Of a stretch of 64,000 nucleotides of DNA, positions 20,152 to 31,080 are shown piece by piece. Location: contig CAVUUN010000014.1 of assembly GCA_963744645.1 (NCBI GenBank), positions 1,308,976 to 1,372,975 of the forward strand. Reading direction: 5' to 3'. Position 1 is the first letter of the stretch, and the number at the start of each line of letters is the position of its first letter. Made by a program: the position numbers and the translations under genes. This stretch comes from an uncultured Acidobacteriota bacterium (GTDB lineage Bacteria; Acidobacteriota; UBA6911; RPQK01). The notes under the pieces are model-generated. The model was not told where the DNA came from, searched no databases, and saw only the letters and a program-made list of their open reading frames with translations.

Positions 20152-20838
20152 ATGGGTATGAGGATTCTCCTGGTCGAAGACGAACCAGGCTTGGTTTTGA
20201 CCGTCGATCGCGACCTGAAAGCCGAAAACTATGAAGTCGAGACGGCGAGGGATGGAGAAGCCGGGTTCCAACGTGCGCTCAACTCGCCCTTCGATCTCCT
20301 CATTCTGAACGTCATGCTGCCGCGCAAGAACGGATTCTACATCTGCCGGGAGCTGAGACAACGCGGGATCCGGATTCCCATACTCATGCTCACGGCCGAT
20401 GACCAGGTGATCGATCCGGTCCTCGGGAGCACTCTCGGGGCAGATGACTACCTGACCAAGCCGTTCGCGGCCGGGGAATTGCTGGCTCGAGTGAAAGCGC
20501 TGCTGCGGAGCACCCGTCGCAGTTCCAGCGAACCGCAGGATTTCTACCGTTTTGGAGATGTGGAGGTTGACTGTCGCCGCGCCGAAGTAACCCGCGCCGG
20601 GCGGCCGGTGGAACTGGGAGCCCGGGAATACCAGCTGCTCTGCTTCCTGATCAGGCACCGGGAATCGGTGCTATCCAGAAATGAGCTGCTGGACCGGGTC
20701 TGGGGGTTCGACGCGATGCCGTCGGCTCGGACGGTTGATGTCCATGTGGCCTGGCTGCGCCGGAAACTGGAGCCGAATCCCCGCCACCCTCAATTCATCC
20801 AGACAGTGTACGGGCTGGGATACAGGTTTTTGGGGTGA
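20152..20838 (+). CDS. OmpR/PhoB-family response regulator (receiver plus winged-helix DNA-binding domain), orphan.
   Basis: Receiver domain with the conserved D...D...K pattern (LLVEDEP, DLLILNVMLP, LTADD) and a C-terminal winged helix (TVYGLGYRF). No histidine kinase gene is adjacent. Confidence 0.9.
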   Translation: MGMRILLVEDEPGLVLTVDRDLKAENYEVETARDGEAGFQRALNSPFDLLILNVMLPRKNGFYICRELRQRGIRIPILMLTADDQVIDPVLGSTLGADDYLTKPFAAGELLARVKALLRSTRRSSSEPQDFYRFGDVEVDCRRAEVTRAGRPVELGAREYQLLCFLIRHRESVLSRNELLDRVWGFDAMPSARTVDVHVAWLRRKLEPNPRHPQFIQTVYGLGYRFLG

Positions 20839-21078
20839 GGGTTGCACGGGGGGCTGGGTTAGACGGTTCAGGGTTTGGGGGTTTGGGGGTTTGGAGGGTT
20901 CAGGGTTCAGGGTTCAGGGTTCGGGGTTCGGGGTTCGGGGTTGAGGAATTCAGTGTTCAGAAGTCAAGGAGTTCGGGGGTTCAGGTCTAACCGTCCAACC
21001 GTCTAACCGTCTAACCGTCTAACCGTCCAGCCCCCGAACTCAGAACTCAGAACTTCAGAACTCAGAACTTCGAGCTGT
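20838..21078. terminator. Imperfect 240-bp palindrome built from heptamer repeats (GGTTCAG/GGTTCGG ... CTAACCG ... GAACTCA), between convergent genes.
   Basis: Read from the sequence between the response regulator (+) end and the RRM gene (-) end. Confidence 0.55.
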
Positions 21079-21079
21079 C

Positions 21080-21391
21080 CTACCAGCGAGGCGGTCGCTT
21101 GCCGCCGTTAAAATTGCGTCCACCACCACCGCCGCCGCCCCGATTGCTGTTCTCACGCGGGCGAGCTTCGCTGACGGTCAGGCTGCGGCCGTCAATTTCC
21201 TTGCCGTTGAACTGTTGAATCGCCTTTTCGCCATCTTCGCGCGAGGCCATCTCGACAAATCCGAAGCCGCGTGAACGGCCGGTGTCGCGGTCCGTGACCA
21301 GCGATGCAGACTCCACGGTCCCGACCTGCGAAAAGAGCTCCTGAAGATTCGCGTCGGAGGTCTGATACGACAGGTTTCCGACATAGAGTTT
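21080..21391 (-). CDS. RRM-type RNA-binding protein with a glycine-rich C-terminal tail.
   Basis: RNP2 (KLYVGNL) and RNP1 (RGFGFVEM) motifs with an RGG/Gly-rich tail. The start is MKLYV or MTMKLYV. Confidence 0.85.
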   Translation of the reverse strand, partial: KLYVGNLSYQTSDANLQELFSQVGTVESASLVTDRDTGRSRGFGFVEMASREDGEKAIQQFNGKEIDGRSLTVSEARPRENSNRGGGGGGGRNFNGGKRPPRW

Positions 21392-21654
21392 CATGGTCAT
21401 ACTGTTTGTTTCTCTCCAATAAAGGAGCAAAGGAGAAGCTTTCACGAATCTGCTTCGGAGTCATTGGCGACGAAGGAGACGGTCTGAGTAGCTTCTGATT
21501 TTCGTTTTACCCTACTCTCGCCCTGACGCAGCCGCCAATTCCAACGCACGGGGATAAACGATAGTGAGAGTCGGACTGATTTGAGTATACCGAGCCGGTA
21601 TACGGAGTACAAGCAACATTGGCTCGATCCGGCGGCCGAACGGGCCGCCCCTGG

Positions 21655-23301
21655 CTACTCGGACCGTGGACTTTCGTCCCACGCCTCGACCACCCCGTCA
21701 GAGCCGTGCGGGAAGACCGACCCGGAATCCGAATCCGCCTTCCGGGAGCCCCAGCGAACGCGGAGTCCCGACCGCACGAGACTAAGGGTGGTCGGGAGAT
21801 TGCTGATCATTAGCTTCACCCAACTCCAGCCTGTCATCTGCGGGAAGTAGATGCCGCGAAACAGGAGCCGGGCGATGAAGAGGGTGAGCTGTTGCGCGAA
21901 CGGCTTTCCTTTGGACAGCATCCACTTTTGAGTCCGCCTGAAGGCGGCAGGCCCATAGGCAGCCGACCAGGAAGCGCGAATTTCGCTTTCGGCCTCTGTG
22001 CCCGAGAGATGTTTCGGAACGAATGCCGTCTGAAAAGCCCGAAAATCGAGCCAGTGCTCCGGCCTTGTCAAACGCCCTTCGCCTTTGAGTCGGTCATACA
22101 GGGGAGTAGCCGGGTAAGGCGTCAGCAACCCAAAGACCGGGAGTCCGGGCGGCCAATTGGCGAGCTCCGAGGAGATTCTCCCCGACATCCCCGGCCGATC
22201 GCCTTCCAGGCCCACGATGAAGGACGTTATCGCGTAGACATTGTGACGGGCCAGAAGGTCCAGAGTCTGCTGGTAGTCGACCGGCTTATTAAACTGCTTG
22301 CCGGCAGCCTTCAGGCTGTCCGGCTCCATCGATTCCAACCCGGCAAAAATCCACCGCCCGCCGCTTTCCGCGATCAACTCGACCAGTTCTTCGTCCCGCA
22401 GCAGGTTGATGCTGATCTGGCCCACCCAGGGGAGACAAACATCGTTCGCGATCATGTCTCTCAACAGCGACTTGATCCGTTTGCGATTGATCGCCAGATT
22501 GTCGTCGATGAAGAAAACCATTACCAGCGCCTTGTCACGGGCAGCCAGGGATTTCAAAAGGAGCAGTTCCTCGATTACGCTCTCATTCGATCGAAAGCGT
22601 ATCTCATCCCCGAAGAAGCCGGTGACCGTGCAAAACTCACAGCCGTAGGGGCAGCCGCGACCCGATTCCACGGGAATCACATAGGCCTTTTCAAACGGTA
22701 CTGAAATAGTCTTGAGAAGCTTCCGCACGGGTGCCGGGACGCAACGCATCAGGTTGAAAAGCTGGAGGTCGATGTCGTCCCAACGGATGATCGGGTAGGA
22801 AGAGAGGGCGGGCTTGACGTCATGCCCTTCCACCTGCGGAATGCGGTAAATGCTGTCAAGGTGACCGGATGCCGCGTCCTCGACCACCTTGGGCCAAATG
22901 TTGTCCGCTTCGCCGACGACGACCGCGTCGGCGACCTGGGGATGGCCGGAAAGCCCGAGGGGTTCCAGAGGCAGGGCGGTTACGTGCGGGCCGCCGAAGA
23001 CGACCGGAATGCCAGTTTGCTTCCGGATAGCGGCCGCAACCCGATAGGCCTTCTGAGCCATCCGGGTCATGAATCCCATGCCGACAAGGTCGACCTTGTT
23101 CGCGACGACGAAGTCGACGATTTCCTGCTCCCCCCAGTGCACCACGTTTCCATCCACGATCGTTACGTCATGCGGAGCAGGCGTCAGGTTACGCAGCAGG
23201 AAAGGCCAAAGTTGCGGAAGGAAATTATTGGTTATCTGATTATCAGGAACATACAGGAGAATGTGCAAATCTCTTACCCCTAAGAAGCGCCAAAAACGCA
23301 C
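21655..23301 (-). CDS. B12-binding radical SAM protein (paralog 3).
   Basis: B12-binding N-terminal domain and a SGRGCPYGCEFC radical SAM motif. Its architecture is the same as paralog 2 (FFIDDNL / FFTDDNF blocks). Confidence 0.8.
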   Translation of the reverse strand: MRFWRFLGVRDLHILLYVPDNQITNNFLPQLWPFLLRNLTPAPHDVTIVDGNVVHWGEQEIVDFVVANKVDLVGMGFMTRMAQKAYRVAAAIRKQTGIPVVFGGPHVTALPLEPLGLSGHPQVADAVVVGEADNIWPKVVEDAASGHLDSIYRIPQVEGHDVKPALSSYPIIRWDDIDLQLFNLMRCVPAPVRKLLKTISVPFEKAYVIPVESGRGCPYGCEFCTVTGFFGDEIRFRSNESVIEELLLLKSLAARDKALVMVFFIDDNLAINRKRIKSLLRDMIANDVCLPWVGQISINLLRDEELVELIAESGGRWIFAGLESMEPDSLKAAGKQFNKPVDYQQTLDLLARHNVYAITSFIVGLEGDRPGMSGRISSELANWPPGLPVFGLLTPYPATPLYDRLKGEGRLTRPEHWLDFRAFQTAFVPKHLSGTEAESEIRASWSAAYGPAAFRRTQKWMLSKGKPFAQQLTLFIARLLFRGIYFPQMTGWSWVKLMISNLPTTLSLVRSGLRVRWGSRKADSDSGSVFPHGSDGVVEAWDESPRSE

Positions 23302-23520
23302 GACTAACCAGCAGTGCGCGCCCAGAGGCCCGGAAGGCGTGTATTCCGAACCTTAAGAACGCCCGGAACTCCTGCCTCTTCTTCTCTCCGCAAAGCCCCT
23401 TAGGGATCACGTGGGAACAGCACGAGGAACTGTTCTGGGTGTCACGCGAAGAATACTGCAAAGAGACGGTTCTAGGCAAGCTGTACGACGAGCAGCCCGG
23501 CTAACAGGCTGACAGGAGGG

Positions 23521-23867
23521 GAATTTCGGGGACATGATACTCAATTCCCCCGCGCCTCCGGGGGGTGACAGTCGGCAAGGAATTGAGTTTCGTTTCCCCA
23601 AATTCCGCAAATTCGCGGTGAGACACCGAGAACGGAAGGGAGTCGCGTCGGAGTTTCGGGGACATGATACTCAATTCCCCCGCGCCTCCGGGCGGTGACA
23701 GTCGGCGAGGAATTGAGTTTCGTGTCCCCGAAATCCGCAAATTCGCGCTGTGAGACACCGAGAACGCAAGGGAGTCGCGTCGGAGTTTCGGGAGACAAAT
23801 ACTCAATTCCCTCGCACCCTTCGTGCACTCGCAGACCCAAAGGAATTGAGTTTACGTCCTCGAAACT
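23521..23867. repeat. Family B hairpin element in three tandem units (period about 122-133 bp), 220 bp upstream of radical SAM paralog 3.
   Basis: Units start at 23521, 23643 and 23776. Each contains TTTCGGGGACATGATACTCAATTCCC ... GGAATTGAGTTTCGT(G/T)TCCCCGAAAT. Confidence 0.85.
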
Positions 23868-25273
23868 ACCTTCCGGCGCACGGTCAAGTGGAAGAGCAGC
23901 CCGCCGATAAGAACCGTCACCAGGGCCAGGATCGACTCGACCGGACGCCCGCGGAAATTCCAGACCATCGCCCAGACCGAAACGGATAGAAACAGGAGCG
24001 GTGTGATCGGATAACCCCACGTTCGGAACGGGCGTGGCATGTCCGGCCGTCGAATCCGCAGGATGATGACGCAACTCACCCCAAGACTCGCGAAAAGCGT
24101 CAGTGTGAAACCAATGTACTGCTGGATCTGGTCGACTCTCCCGGAGAGAATCATCCCGGTCGTGATGAAACCCTGGAGAAGAAGCGCAGCCGCCGGAGCC
24201 CCGGTCGACGCGCTGGTCGTCCCGAAGATCCGCAACGGAGGGAAATCCCTGCCAAGCGCGTAGGAGACTCTCGGTCCGGCGATCGTCATTGCCGAGGCGG
24301 AAGCCAGCAGCGAGATCGAGAGGACCAGCGTGACAACACTTGCGCCCGCTTCCCCGAACAGCGCTCTTGAGGAAATCAGCCCCACCTGGGCCTTGTTGGC
24401 CAGCGCATTGACGTCGGCGCCATAGAAGTAAGCTGCGTTGAGCCCCAGATAGAGAATCACGACGAGCGATGTGCCCAGAGTCAGGGACCGCGGCAGGTTC
24501 TTCTTCGGTTCCCGGATCTCGCCGGCAACGTAGGCAGCGGCGTTCCACCCGGAATAGCAGAACATGACGAAGATCAGGCAATTGGCGAACGCCCCCAACT
24601 TGTCGGCCTGGCCGAGCGACCGGTACGAGTCCGAGACGCTCGTGAAATGCGATAGTTGACCCTTTCCAATGAGCGCGGCGGCAACGATAATCCCAATGAT
24701 GCCGCCGACCTTCAGCAGAGTGATCCAGTCATTGAATCGAATGCCGCCCCGGACGCCGCGCAAATGAACCGCTACGAGAATCCAGGCCAATCCGACGGCG
24801 ATCCAGTCATTGACGTCGATCACCCCAAACAGCACAGGGGAGGGGCTCAGGAACGGGAAGAAATGGGTCAGGTACAGGACCAGGCTCTTGAGCGCCGATG
24901 CCACCGGCGCCGCAAAGCCGGCGAACAGCGAGACGAACGCGCTCATGAAGCCGAAGGACATTCCATAGGTTTCCCGGAGGTAGACGTACTCTCCGCCCGC
25001 CCGCGGCATTGCGGCTCCGAGCTCCGCGTAACAGAGCGCGCCGCACAGGGCGAGGATTCCACCGATGATCCATACCAGGAAGATGTACCCCGGATGCCCG
25101 AGCGCTCCCGCCTGAAAGCCGGTCGACGTGAAGATGCCGGCGCCGATGATGTTCGCGATGACGAGGGCAATGGCCGACTTAAGTCCTATTCCGCGAACCA
25201 GGCCCTGCGAGTCGGCGACGTCGGCTTCGGCCCTTTGCCCGGCATCCCGCGCGCCGGGCTTCCCATCTGGCAT
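23852..25273 (-). CDS. APC-superfamily amino-acid permease.
   Basis: About 12 predicted TM helices and an APC/AAT family signature region. The start ATG is at 25273 (MPDGKPGA), not the upstream 25426. Confidence 0.85.
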   Translation of the reverse strand: MPDGKPGARDAGQRAEADVADSQGLVRGIGLKSAIALVIANIIGAGIFTSTGFQAGALGHPGYIFLVWIIGGILALCGALCYAELGAAMPRAGGEYVYLRETYGMSFGFMSAFVSLFAGFAAPVASALKSLVLYLTHFFPFLSPSPVLFGVIDVNDWIAVGLAWILVAVHLRGVRGGIRFNDWITLLKVGGIIGIIVAAALIGKGQLSHFTSVSDSYRSLGQADKLGAFANCLIFVMFCYSGWNAAAYVAGEIREPKKNLPRSLTLGTSLVVILYLGLNAAYFYGADVNALANKAQVGLISSRALFGEAGASVVTLVLSISLLASASAMTIAGPRVSYALGRDFPPLRIFGTTSASTGAPAAALLLQGFITTGMILSGRVDQIQQYIGFTLTLFASLGVSCVIILRIRRPDMPRPFRTWGYPITPLLFLSVSVWAMVWNFRGRPVESILALVTVLIGGLLFHLTVRRKVVSRT

Positions 25274-25340
25274 CCCCGCTCCTCCTTGATCGTCTTGACA
25301 ACCGGCCCCCTTTTTTATATAAATTCGACCGGAATAGTAA

Positions 25341-26666
<1,326 letters not shown>

Positions 26667-26670
26667 GCCT

Positions 26671-27834
26671 ATGACCGAATCGAATGAGCCGCAGACCGGG
26701 GGCCTGGGCGCCGTAGAGACGAAGACGATGCGCGTCTTCGAGGAGCCCATGGTCCTGGAGAGCGGAGTGCGACTGGGACCGGTGGACGTCGCCTATGAAA
26801 CGTACGGCACCCTCACGCCGGAACGGGACAACGTCATCGTCGTCTGCCATGCGCTGTCCGGAGGCGCGCACGCGGCCGGCTGGTTGCCGGGGGCCAACAA
26901 GCCGGGATGGTGGGACGTGTTCATCGGGCCGGGAAAGGCCCTCGATACAGATCGTTACTATGTGGTGTCTTCGAACGTCCTCGGCAGCTGCTATGGAACC
27001 ACCGGCCCGTCATCAATCGATCCGGCCACCGGACGACCCTACGGGCCGCGCTTCCCGGTGGTGACGATCGCCGACATGGTGCAAGTCCAGGCGCGTCTCC
27101 TGGACGCGCTCGGGATCGATTCGATTCTCGCGACAATCGGGGGGTCGATGGGCGGCATGCAGGCCCTGCAATGGGGCGTTCAGTTCCCCGAACGAGTAGC
27201 TTCGGTGATCGGAATAGCAACCACCTCGCATCACTCCGCCCAGCAGATCGCCTTCAACGAAGTCGCACGACAGGCGATCATGGCGGATCCGGCCTGGAAT
27301 GGCGGTGACTACTACGGGACGGAAGGACCACGGCTCGGCCTGGCGGTCGCTCGCATGATCGGCCACATTACTTACCTGTCCGACCTCGGCATGGCGCAAA
27401 AATTCGGCCGGCGATTGCGCAACCGGGAGAAGTTCGGTTTCGATTTTTCGCTCGATTTCGAGGTGGAGAGCTACCTCCGCCACCAGGGCGAGAGTTTCGT
27501 CGGCCGCTTCGACGCGAATTCCCTGCTCTACCTGACCAAAGCACTGGACTATTTCGACCTCACAAGCGGCGGGACCCGCTCGCTCGAGGAAGCTTTCAAG
27601 GGTTGTCCTGCCCGCTTCCTGCTGATCGCCTTCAGCTCAGACTGGCTCTACCCCGCCTACCAGTCTAAAGCAGTGGCGCACGCGGTCCGTCGCAACCACG
27701 GGGACGCGACCTATTGCGAGATCAGCAGCGACTACGGTCACGACGCGTTCCTCCTGGAGTACGAGGAGCAGGCGCCCATGGTTTCGTCGTTTCTGGAGCG
27801 GGTTGTTCGGTCACGGAGGCGCGCGAATGCCTGA
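26671..27834 (+). CDS. metX: Homoserine O-acetyltransferase.
   Basis: Alpha/beta-hydrolase MetX family with a GGSMGGMQ nucleophile elbow, immediately downstream of metY. Confidence 0.9.
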   Translation: MTESNEPQTGGLGAVETKTMRVFEEPMVLESGVRLGPVDVAYETYGTLTPERDNVIVVCHALSGGAHAAGWLPGANKPGWWDVFIGPGKALDTDRYYVVSSNVLGSCYGTTGPSSIDPATGRPYGPRFPVVTIADMVQVQARLLDALGIDSILATIGGSMGGMQALQWGVQFPERVASVIGIATTSHHSAQQIAFNEVARQAIMADPAWNGGDYYGTEGPRLGLAVARMIGHITYLSDLGMAQKFGRRLRNREKFGFDFSLDFEVESYLRHQGESFVGRFDANSLLYLTKALDYFDLTSGGTRSLEEAFKGCPARFLLIAFSSDWLYPAYQSKAVAHAVRRNHGDATYCEISSDYGHDAFLLEYEEQAPMVSSFLERVVRSRRRANA

Positions 27835-28444
27835 GCAGACCGAGAACCGGTCCTCGATCTACGATTGGATTCTGGCCCGAACTGCAGTCCGGAGCCGCGT
27901 CCTCGACGTCGGCTGCGGCGATGGCGAGTTGCTGAGCCGCCTGGCGGAACAGCGCGAAGTCGAAGCCTGCGGCATCGAGATTTCACAGCAGTGTGTTATC
28001 CGGGCCGTTCAGCGAGGGCTGACGGTCCACCACGGGAACGCAGAAGAAGGACTCTACAACTACCCGGACAGCTCGTTCGATCTCGTAATCCTGAGCCTGG
28101 CAATGCAGGAACTGGAGCACCCGCGCAGCGTCCTTCGCGAGTGCTTTCGGGTGGGACGCCGAGCCCTTGTCGTATTCCCGGCCTTCGGTCATTGGAGAGC
28201 CCGCTGGCAACTCGGACTGCTCGGACGGGCGCCCGTGACCGGGAGCTTTCCCCACGCCTGGCACGAATCCCCCAATCGCCACTATCTGACCGTGAAGGAC
28301 TGGGAGTCTTTTTGTCGAGATGAACAGTGGCGTATCATCGATAGAGGGTTCTTGAGAACCGGCTCACCAGTCCGATTCCTACCCAACCTGCGCGCGGAAG
28401 TGGCGCTCTACCTCCTCGAATTCCGAGGAAACTCGGCAGGATAA
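27827..28444 (+). CDS. metW: Methionine biosynthesis protein MetW (SAM-methyltransferase-like).
   Basis: The ATG overlaps the metX stop and sits 8 nt after a GGAGG. VLDVGCGDGEL is a class I methyltransferase motif, and this is the classic metX-metW pair. Confidence 0.85.
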   Translation: MPEQTENRSSIYDWILARTAVRSRVLDVGCGDGELLSRLAEQREVEACGIEISQQCVIRAVQRGLTVHHGNAEEGLYNYPDSSFDLVILSLAMQELEHPRSVLRECFRVGRRALVVFPAFGHWRARWQLGLLGRAPVTGSFPHAWHESPNRHYLTVKDWESFCRDEQWRIIDRGFLRTGSPVRFLPNLRAEVALYLLEFRGNSAG

Positions 28445-28553
28445 TAGGATAGGACCTATAGGACCGATAGGACCGATAGGATCGGGGACCGGCTTTCGAG
28501 TCTTCTCCCATATGTCCTATTCGTCCTATACGTCCTATTCCTATTCCTGTTGC
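28443..28553. terminator. Palindrome of GATAGGAC-type repeats (ATAGGATAGGACCTATAGGACCGATAGGACCGATAGGATCGG ... TATGTCCTATTCGTCCTATACGTCCTATTCCTATTCCT).
   Basis: Read from the sequence between metW and the CBS gene. Confidence 0.55.
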
Positions 28554-28579
28554 CCGGAAAAACACGCAAGGTAGGCCGC

Positions 28580-29935
28580 ATGAGCAGCATACTCGACACC
28601 ATTGGGCGGACGCCTCTCGTTCGGATCAACCGGCTCCTCCCGAGCCCCCGGCCGGAAATCTGGGCCAAGCTGGAATCGTCCAACCCCGGGGGCAGTACCA
28701 AGGATCGCGTCGCACTTGCGATGGTCGATGCAGCCGAGAGGGACGGGGTCCTTCGCCCGGGTGGGACGATCGTCGAGGCAACCGCGGGAAATACCGGCGT
28801 CGGCCTCGCGATGGTTGCGGCCGTCAAGGGCTACCGCTGCATCTTTGTCATGCCCGACAAGATGAGCGCCGACAAAATCCGGCTGCTCAGGAGCTACGGC
28901 GCCGAGGTCGTCATCACCCCAACGAATGTGCCGCCCGATTCCCCCGAAAGCTACAACGGGGTCGCCGACCGCCTCACCAGGGAGATCAAGGATGCGTGGA
29001 GGCCCAACCAGTTCGGCAATCTCACCAATCCCGAGGCGCATTTCAGGACCACGGGACCCGAAATCTGGGAACAGACTGGAGGCCGGGTGACTGTCTTCGC
29101 CGCCGGAGTGGGAACCGGTGGAACCATCAGCGGGGTCGGTCGATACCTGAAGCAGCAGAACAGCCAGGTGAAGGTGATCGGAGCGGACATCGAGGGCTCC
29201 GTCTTGAGCGGCGGCACGCCGAAAGCATGGAAGGTCGAAGGGATCGGCGAAGATTTCGTCCCCAGCACTCTCAATGCTCAGGTTGTGGATCAGTGGGTCC
29301 GGATCTCCGACGCGGAATCCTTCGCGACGGCCCGCCGGCTCGCCCGCGAGGAGGGGATTCTGTTGGGCGGTTCCAGCGGGACGGCTTTGGCCGCCGCGGC
29401 CAGATTCTCGCAACAGTGCGGCCCTGATGACCTTATTGTCGTTCTCTGTCCCGACACCGGTCGCAACTACCTCAGCAAGATGTACAACGACCAGTGGATG
29501 GCGGAAAACGGGTTCTCAGACCGGATGCCGAACCAGGAGACGCTGGCAGATCTGCTCTCGAGACTGGACCTGGAGGGCCGCTTGATCACTGCCCAACCTC
29601 AGGAGACGGTCGAGGCGATCGCCAACCTGTTTCAGACTCACGGGGTCTCGCAGATTCCCGTCGTGCACGACGGCAAGATGGTAGGCGCACTAGAAGAAAT
29701 CACCGTCATGCGCTCTCTGCATCAACGCTTGCCGTCCGGAACCGTGAAGGCAGGTGACATCATGGCCCGGCCCCTGCCCTCGCTGGATGTGTCGGGCCTC
29801 CTCGAGGAGGTGTACCGCCTCCTGCTGGCCGGGAACCCAGCGGTGGTGGCCACGCGGGAAGGGCACCTGGCGGGTATTGTGACACGGTCCGATCTCATGA
29901 ATTTCTATCAGAGGAGCAAATCCTCGAGCGAGTAA
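28580..29935 (+). CDS. Cystathionine beta-synthase (cysteine-synthase-fold PLP domain plus a C-terminal CBS pair).
   Basis: PLP site GGSTKDR and the glycine loop GVGTGGTISG, followed by a tandem CBS domain. Confidence 0.85.
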   Translation: MSSILDTIGRTPLVRINRLLPSPRPEIWAKLESSNPGGSTKDRVALAMVDAAERDGVLRPGGTIVEATAGNTGVGLAMVAAVKGYRCIFVMPDKMSADKIRLLRSYGAEVVITPTNVPPDSPESYNGVADRLTREIKDAWRPNQFGNLTNPEAHFRTTGPEIWEQTGGRVTVFAAGVGTGGTISGVGRYLKQQNSQVKVIGADIEGSVLSGGTPKAWKVEGIGEDFVPSTLNAQVVDQWVRISDAESFATARRLAREEGILLGGSSGTALAAAARFSQQCGPDDLIVVLCPDTGRNYLSKMYNDQWMAENGFSDRMPNQETLADLLSRLDLEGRLITAQPQETVEAIANLFQTHGVSQIPVVHDGKMVGALEEITVMRSLHQRLPSGTVKAGDIMARPLPSLDVSGLLEEVYRLLLAGNPAVVATREGHLAGIVTRSDLMNFYQRSKSSSE

Positions 29936-29937
29936 CG

Positions 29938-31080
29938 ATGCGGTTTTCCACAAAAGCCATCCACGTCGGACAGAAACCGGACCCGGCCACCGGGGCAACG
30001 ATTCCTCCCATTCATCTCACTTCCACCTACACTCAGGAGTTGCCCGGGCGGCACAAGGGTTTCGAGTATTCCCGTTCAAACAATCCGACGCGCTCGGCTC
30101 TGGAACAGTGCCTGGCTTCTCTCGAAGAGGGAGAAGCATGTGCTGCCTTCAGCTCCGGCATAGCCGCCGCAGCTGCCGTTCTGCAGACGCTTCGCCCGGG
30201 AGATGGAGTAGTGGGCGGACATGACCTCTACGGCGGCACCGTCCGGCTCCTGACCCAGCATTTCGTCCCGTGGGGCCTGGAAGTAGCCTTCGCGGCCAGC
30301 ACCGAGCCGGATGCTTACGCCGAGGCGGCGAATTCGCTGTCGCGTCCCCGGCTGTTGTGGCTCGAGACGCCGAGCAACCCGCTTCTCGAGATCGTCGACA
30401 TTCGTGCCCTGGCCGCGTTGGGACAATCGCGCGACATGCGGGTGCTCGTCGACAACACGTTTGCTTCCCCGTACCTGCAGAAGCCTCTCGTCCTCGGCGC
30501 CGACCTCGTCCTGCACAGTACGACGAAGTACCTCGGCGGGCACTCGGACGTGATCGGCGGCGCGATCGTCGCCCGGAGTGTCGACCGGCTGGATCCCATT
30601 CGCTTTGTTCAGAACGCCGCAGGCGCCGTGCCCGGTCCGCTTGACTGCTACCTGGTTCAGCGCGGACTCAAGACCCTGGCCCTGCGAATGGAGCGGCACT
30701 GCCGCAATGCCCGGCACGTGGCCAAGATGTTGAGCAACCACCCGAAGGTCAAGCGTGTCCTTTACCCGGGGTTCCAGAATCACCCGGGACACCGGGTCGC
30801 AGCCGAGCAGATGTCAGGGATGGGCGGGATGGTCACGTTCGAGCTCGCGGACGGACCCGAAACTGTGGACGGTTTCTTCTCCCACCTGCAGTTGTTTTCG
30901 ACGGCCGAGAGCCTGGGAGGTGTCGAATCGCTCGCATCTCACCCGGCCTCGATGACCCACTCGAGTCTCACGCCGGAGCGAAGGAAGGCCGCGGGAATCA
31001 CCGACACGATGATCCGCTTGAGTGTCGGCATTGAAGATGTCGAGGACCTGCTGCGCGACCTGGAACGCGCGCTGCGGTAG
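29938..31080 (+). CDS. Cystathionine gamma-lyase / gamma-synthase family PLP enzyme.
   Basis: Cys_Met_Meta_PP family with the lysine region STTKYLGGHSD, immediately downstream of CBS (reverse transsulfuration pair). Confidence 0.85.
   Translation: MRFSTKAIHVGQKPDPATGATIPPIHLTSTYTQELPGRHKGFEYSRSNNPTRSALEQCLASLEEGEACAAFSSGIAAAAAVLQTLRPGDGVVGGHDLYGGTVRLLTQHFVPWGLEVAFAASTEPDAYAEAANSLSRPRLLWLETPSNPLLEIVDIRALAALGQSRDMRVLVDNTFASPYLQKPLVLGADLVLHSTTKYLGGHSDVIGGAIVARSVDRLDPIRFVQNAAGAVPGPLDCYLVQRGLKTLALRMERHCRNARHVAKMLSNHPKVKRVLYPGFQNHPGHRVAAEQMSGMGGMVTFELADGPETVDGFFSHLQLFSTAESLGGVESLASHPASMTHSSLTPERRKAAGITDTMIRLSVGIEDVEDLLRDLERALR

Noticed and set aside
23521-23867. A possible CRISPR array, given the tandem 125-bp units with palindromic cores.
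   Set aside because: The units are long and near-identical in full, with no unique spacers between short repeats, and no cas genes are nearby. The structure is an inverted-repeat hairpin typical of MITE/REP-like elements.
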